From NCBI RefSeq assembly GCF_023630205.1, contig NZ_JALPRR010000002.1, positions 300,899 to 364,898 on the forward strand: a stretch of DNA of 64,000 nt. The letters run 5' to 3'. The translations under genes were made by a program, and so were the position numbers. Origin of the DNA: Pontibacter ruber (GTDB lineage: Bacteria > Bacteroidota > Bacteroidia > Cytophagales > Hymenobacteraceae). Position 1 is the stretch's first letter; the number at the start of each line of letters is the position of its first letter. Of the stretch, positions 59,881-64,000 are shown piece after piece. The notes below the pieces were generated by a model. That model ran no database searches. It was not told the DNA's origin and saw only the letters and a program-made list of their open reading frames with translations.

Positions 59881-59927
59881 CTTTGCTCTTCTGCAGGACT
59901 GGTAACCAATCCTGCAGAAGAGCAAAG
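59881..59927 (-). terminator. intrinsic terminator for the inositol-3-phosphate synthase gene
   Basis: 17-bp perfect stem ctttgctcttctgcagg / cctgcagaagagcaaag with a 12-nt loop. A T-run follows on the minus strand (plus-strand aaaaaaga). Confidence 0.8.
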
Positions 59928-59951
59928 CCAGTAAATTCTTATAGCAAAATA

Positions 59952-61277
59952 TTACATTGCCTCCACCAGATCTTGGTTGTAATCAAGTCCAAGGTGCGTG
60001 ATCAGGTCTTCGCCCATCATATGGCGCAACGTGTTCTGCAATTTTATCAGTTGCTTGAAGATGTCGTGCTCAGGGGTGAGGCCCGGCGCTGTCTGCGGAG
60101 ATTTAAAATAGAACGACAACCACTCCTGAATACCGGACATACCCGCTCTTTTAGCCAGATCGCTGAACAAGGCCAGATCGAGTACAATAGGGGCAGCTAA
60201 AATAGAATCACGGCACAGGAAGTTGATCTTGATCTGCATGGAGTAACCCAGCCAGCCAAAGATGTCGATGTTGTCCCAGCTTTCTTTGTTATCGCCATGA
60301 GGCGGATAATAGTTGATCCGTACCTTGTGGTAGAGCTCGCCATACAATTCAGGGTTGATATCGGGCTGAAGGATATCTTCCAGCACGCTTAGCTTGGAGA
60401 CTTCTTTGGTTTTAAAATTGTCCGGATGGTCCAGCACATACCCATCGCGGTTGCCCAGAATGTTGGAAGAAAACCACCCTTTTATTCCCAACGCTCTGGC
60501 AGCCAGCCCCGGCGCCAGAATGGTTTTCATCAGGGTCTGGCCTGTCTTGAAATCTTTCCCTCCAATCGGTGTACCGGTCTGCTTGGCCAGTTCGATCAGC
60601 GCCGGAATATCGCAGGTCAGGTTAGGAGCACCGTTCATGAAAGGCACACCCAGTTTGATGGCTGCATAGGCATAGATCATCGAAGGCGAGATGGCAGGAT
60701 CGTTGTTCAGCAAGCCCTCCTCAAAGCTTTCTATGGTCTCGTGTACCGCAGAAACTTCGATGTATTTTTCTGTAGAGCCGCACCATACCATTACAATTCT
60801 GGAGCAATCATTGGCCTCCTTGAAGTTCTCTATATCATCCATCACGGCCTTGGCCAGCTCGGCTTTTGTAGCAGCCTGCTTCACATGATCGCCGTCCAGG
60901 TTAGAGATGTACGATCGGTCAAACACCGCTTTCATCGGCTTGATGGCTTCAAGCTCCGCCTTTACTGCATGCAGCATCATCGGTTCCAGCACCTTTGCTT
61001 TCATGGCAGCCTCAAACACGTTGTCGCTGTAAACATCCCAGCCGCCAAAAACAATATCGTGCAGGTCGGCAAGCGGTACAAAATCTTTTATTTTAGGATA
61101 GCGGTTCTCCGTTCTTTTTCCTAAGCGGATGTTTCCCATTTGTGTGAGGGAGCCCACCGGCTGGGCCAGGTTCTTTTTTATAGCTTCGACACCGGCTATG
61201 AGCGTAGTGGCGACAGCACCCAGACCTGGTGTTAATATACCAAGCTTTCCTTCTGCTTTTTCTATGGTATTATGCAT
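59952..61277 (-). CDS. ino1: inositol-3-phosphate synthase (myo-inositol-1-phosphate synthase)
   Basis: 441 aa. GILTPGLGAVATTLIAGV is the NAD-binding region. MIPS-family conservation throughout. Confidence 0.85.
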   Translation of the reverse strand: MHNTIEKAEGKLGILTPGLGAVATTLIAGVEAIKKNLAQPVGSLTQMGNIRLGKRTENRYPKIKDFVPLADLHDIVFGGWDVYSDNVFEAAMKAKVLEPMMLHAVKAELEAIKPMKAVFDRSYISNLDGDHVKQAATKAELAKAVMDDIENFKEANDCSRIVMVWCGSTEKYIEVSAVHETIESFEEGLLNNDPAISPSMIYAYAAIKLGVPFMNGAPNLTCDIPALIELAKQTGTPIGGKDFKTGQTLMKTILAPGLAARALGIKGWFSSNILGNRDGYVLDHPDNFKTKEVSKLSVLEDILQPDINPELYGELYHKVRINYYPPHGDNKESWDNIDIFGWLGYSMQIKINFLCRDSILAAPIVLDLALFSDLAKRAGMSGIQEWLSFYFKSPQTAPGLTPEHDIFKQLIKLQNTLRHMMGEDLITHLGLDYNQDLVEAM

Positions 61278-61556
61278 GTGACTTGTGTTTATGAGTAGTA
61301 AATACCAAGTATGTTAGACGGTTGAAATACTGGTTACAGGTAATGCAATGATCAAAGAGGATCTTTAAAGTGCGCTGCATCTTAGCAGGTTCAGTTGTGT
61401 TACTTACCAAAATGGCAGCAAAACACAGTGCTGTTTAAGTTTAACTGCTGATAGCTACGTTGTTATCACTTGTTTGCAGGCCAAAGCATGCGCTCGCTTG
61501 TACAGGTAAATCCGTTGATATGAATACAACTATACTGCAATACTCATTATGTACTG

Positions 61557-62159
61557 TCAAGGTTTTATCTCACCTGTATCATTGATCAAAAGTAACCTGG
61601 CGTTCTCGTCGTAAACATCGATTATACTTACCGAGGCAGGACTTATCTCAATGCGCTGGAACATATCCAGGTGTACTCCTGCATAGTATGCGACAGCTGC
61701 TTTGATAATGTCGGCGTGGCTTACGACGGCTATGGTTTCGTGCGGATGCCTTTCACAGAGTTTGTGCAGCCCTGTAACGATGCGCGTCTGGGCCTCAAGC
61801 ATTAGCTCGCCACCCGGAATGCGGGTATGACTTCTGAATGAATTAAAGCGCTGAAAAAGGGGATCACCGGAGAGCTCTTCGAAGGTACGGTTGGTCCATT
61901 CGCCGAAGTTCAATTCCAGAAAGTCTTCATCAATAGTGGTCGGGATATTCAGCTGCCTTGCAAGAGGCTCGGCGGTTTCGACTGTGCGTTCCAGGGGGCT
62001 GCTGTAAATAGCTTTTACAGGCATGTGGGCGAGCCGCTGTGCTAATTTTTCTGCCTGGGCTTTTCCTTCCTCATTTAAATGCACAGACCCGGTTCGACCG
62101 GAAAAGCGTTTGCCAACAGAATCAGTAGTGGCGTGTCGGATAAGCATAAGTTTAGTCAT
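61557..62159 (-). CDS. histidine-phosphatase (phosphoglycerate-mutase-like) family protein
   Basis: The ATG at 62159 gives MTKLMLIRHATTD, the RHG motif with catalytic His. The ORF track start is 14 codons upstream. Confidence 0.78.
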   Translation of the reverse strand: MTKLMLIRHATTDSVGKRFSGRTGSVHLNEEGKAQAEKLAQRLAHMPVKAIYSSPLERTVETAEPLARQLNIPTTIDEDFLELNFGEWTNRTFEELSGDPLFQRFNSFRSHTRIPGGELMLEAQTRIVTGLHKLCERHPHETIAVVSHADIIKAAVAYYAGVHLDMFQRIEISPASVSIIDVYDENARLLLINDTGEIKP

Positions 62160-62545
62160 GTAGATCGGGCTGTTTAAGTCTGGTTCATGATCATATATCA
62201 AAATTCCAGACAGCGTAATGGTAGTTGAAAATTAACCGTGCCTTTAAACGGAGCATCAGCACAAACCGTTATCGGGTTCCGCCACATTGTACTTTGGTAA
62301 ATACTCTCAGGCAACATGTCTGAAGATCTGGTAAAATTATGCTGCTGCGCTTACTGAATCTGGCAATAGGACAACAATAAGAAACTGGCCGGGAGCTTAA
62401 ATATAAAGTTTAGCTAAATAACCTAAAGCGTATTTATATCGTTGGCATGAACCAGCAGTACGCATGCTTTTGCCTTTCCTCTTCCGGGATTCTCGCCTTC
62501 ATGCATGTAAGGCCACAATAAGAATTAAACTTAATCAGAATTAAA

Positions 62546-63655
62546 TTGGAGCAGCCGAAATACAAGCCTGTTTTAAAGATTGGTGTCCTTACATTTCACC
62601 GCTGTATCAATTTTGGCAGTTACTGGCAGGCGCGTTGCTTGGTGGAAGGCTTGCAGGCGCGCGGGCATGATGCCGTTATACTAGACCACGACTCGAACCG
62701 CGTGAACCTGGCCGAATGGAAATGTGCTTTCCGGCCTGTTCTGCCTACGCCCGTTCCTCCCGCAGACCATTCCCTCTACCGTGAGAAGATTCAAAAGTTC
62801 TTTCGTGTGTTTGATACCTTGCCGCTTTCGCCGCGCTTCCAGGTAGTTGATCCGAAAGAAATGGAAGCCTATGATACGGTGGTTGTGGGCAGCGATGAAG
62901 TATGGAATTTGTCTCACCCGTGGTACGGCGGTTACCCTCTGTTTTATGGGGAGGGCGTACAGGCAAATCACCTGATCTCCTATGCAGCCAGCTTCGGTAA
63001 TTACGATGCATCCTGGGGAATGGAGCAAAGCTGGGCAGAAAGACTCCGCAATTTTGGGATGATCTCCGTGCGGGATGAAAACTCGCAGGCCATCATCCGG
63101 AACGCCTTAGGGTATGAACCCGAAATGGTGCTGGATCCGTGCCTGCAGTTTCCGATAGTGCCGGAAGAAAGAGAGCTGGAAAACTTAGAGGAGCCTTATG
63201 TAGCCGTTTACGGGCACAATTTTTCTGAATTTTTCATTCGTGAAATCCGTAATTGGGCAACAGAGAAAGAGCTTCGGCTGATAAGCATCGGTTACCGGAA
63301 TGATTGGGCCGATGAACAATGGATTGCCGCAGACCCGCATGATTTTGCGCATTTTATGGCCAGGTCTGAAGCTGTGGCAACTAACTTTTTCCATGGCTGT
63401 GTCTTTGCTCTTCGCAATGCGAAGCCGTTTGCCTGTGAAGCGTCGCCCTACAGAAGGCATAAACTACAAGGCCTGATGTCAAAAATTGGCGGCGAGAAAC
63501 ACCTTGTTTCCGAAGACACACCGGCTGCAGTTTACAACATCCTGTTAAGCGAACCATTAGATACTACTATACTTCAGAAGATCAGCCATCTGCGACAAAC
63601 ATCTAATGCGTACCTGGATAAAGCACTGGTTCTTCAACAAATTCAATATGCATGA
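62546..63655 (+). CDS. polysaccharide pyruvyl transferase family protein
   Basis: 369-aa ORF. The only start codon after the upstream stop is a TTG. KIGVLTFHRCINFGSYWQA matches the PS_pyruv_trans N-terminus. The stop overlaps the next gene's start (ATGA). Confidence 0.65.
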   Translation: MEQPKYKPVLKIGVLTFHRCINFGSYWQARCLVEGLQARGHDAVILDHDSNRVNLAEWKCAFRPVLPTPVPPADHSLYREKIQKFFRVFDTLPLSPRFQVVDPKEMEAYDTVVVGSDEVWNLSHPWYGGYPLFYGEGVQANHLISYAASFGNYDASWGMEQSWAERLRNFGMISVRDENSQAIIRNALGYEPEMVLDPCLQFPIVPEERELENLEEPYVAVYGHNFSEFFIREIRNWATEKELRLISIGYRNDWADEQWIAADPHDFAHFMARSEAVATNFFHGCVFALRNAKPFACEASPYRRHKLQGLMSKIGGEKHLVSEDTPAAVYNILLSEPLDTTILQKISHLRQTSNAYLDKALVLQQIQYA

Positions 63656-64000
63656 AAGATTTGCTTAGCCCAAAAGATATTGTCCGCTCCGGATTGTGTA
63701 TAGGTTGTGGGAGTTGTGTAGCGCAGGCAGCCTCGAACGGCACAGCAATGGATTTTGACTGGTACGGACAACTTAAGCCGAAAGGCCCTGAGGAGTGGTA
63801 CAGAAGCGACTCTGAAAGCTTTACCCGAACCTGTCCGTTCTCGCCTGCAGCAAAAAATGAAGACCACCTGGCAGCCGAGCTTTACCCAACAGCCCGGCAG
63901 GCCCACCTGGCAACAGGGCGCTTTGAGACTGCATATGTGGGGCACGTTTCGGAAGAAGATTTCCGTTTGCAGGGAAGCTCGGGAGGCATGGTCACCTGGG
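63652..64000 (+). CDS. coenzyme F420 hydrogenase/dehydrogenase beta-subunit-like (FrhB/FdhB-type) protein, 3'-truncated by the window end
   Basis: MKDLLSPKDIVRSGLCIGCGSCVAQAA... carries a CxxCxxC iron-sulfur motif. This family is commonly paired with pyruvyl transferases in exopolysaccharide loci. Confidence 0.6.
   Translation, partial: MKDLLSPKDIVRSGLCIGCGSCVAQAASNGTAMDFDWYGQLKPKGPEEWYRSDSESFTRTCPFSPAAKNEDHLAAELYPTARQAHLATGRFETAYVGHVSEEDFRLQGSSGGMVTW

Noticed and set aside
1-64000. CRISPR arrays, rRNA/tRNA genes, IS elements or integrases
   Set aside because: No regularly spaced direct repeats, no transposase- or integrase-like ORFs, and no tRNA-like cloverleaf in any intergenic region. 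The only repeated element is the short 9-mer described in the findings.

Overview
The window is a 64-kb chromosomal segment of roughly 52–55% GC, with the gene content of a Bacteroidetes genome. The clade call rests on a SusC/SusD pair, lipoprotein signal peptides, the absence of Shine-Dalgarno sites, and frequent TTG/GTG starts in the ORF track. I found no rRNA, tRNA, CRISPR array or recognisable IS/transposon. Coding density is high on both strands.

From 5' to 3' the window contains:
- the 3' end of a zinc-ADH-like gene, two small lipoprotein/GyrI-like genes, an alpha/beta hydrolase, a Mut7-C RNase and an AzgA-type purine permease;
- a polysaccharide utilization locus (6.4–20.4 kb): SusC, SusD, three paralogous (alpha/alpha)6 GH144/DUF3131-like hydrolases, a GH43-like beta-propeller enzyme and a GH3 beta-glucosidase, closed by a strong terminator and predicted to target beta-1,2-glucan;
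- an esterase, malate:quinone oxidoreductase, an overlapping HipA-like/DUF3037 pair, two M16 peptidases, a PLD-family nuclease, a FabH-like KAS III and a CAT-like acetyltransferase;
- a YqiJ/NfeD-like plus flotillin (SPFH) operon, then an AT-rich DMP19/DUF4375-like gene, then a 1655-aa protein with a C-terminal AAA_5 (MoxR/dynein-type) ATPase module. This is the most unusual locus in the window;
- housekeeping and accessory genes: DinB, a WYL regulator, two APC permeases, HrpB helicase, a pseudouridine synthase, an FMN reductase, a SAM methyltransferase, a penicillin/AHL-acylase family protein, DedA, a nitrilase-superfamily enzyme, a PuuE-like deacetylase, a COG0523 GTPase, a Cof-HAD hydrolase, inositol-3-phosphate synthase, a histidine phosphatase and a pyruvyl transferase, ending with a 5'-partial FrhB-like gene.

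A 9-mer, AAGTATAAA / TTTATACTT, occurs about 35 times in the window against roughly 0.5 expected by chance. It is concentrated in intergenic DNA and often sits as inverted pairs in the arms of terminator hairpins, an arrangement that resembles the DNA uptake sequences of Neisseria and Haemophilus.
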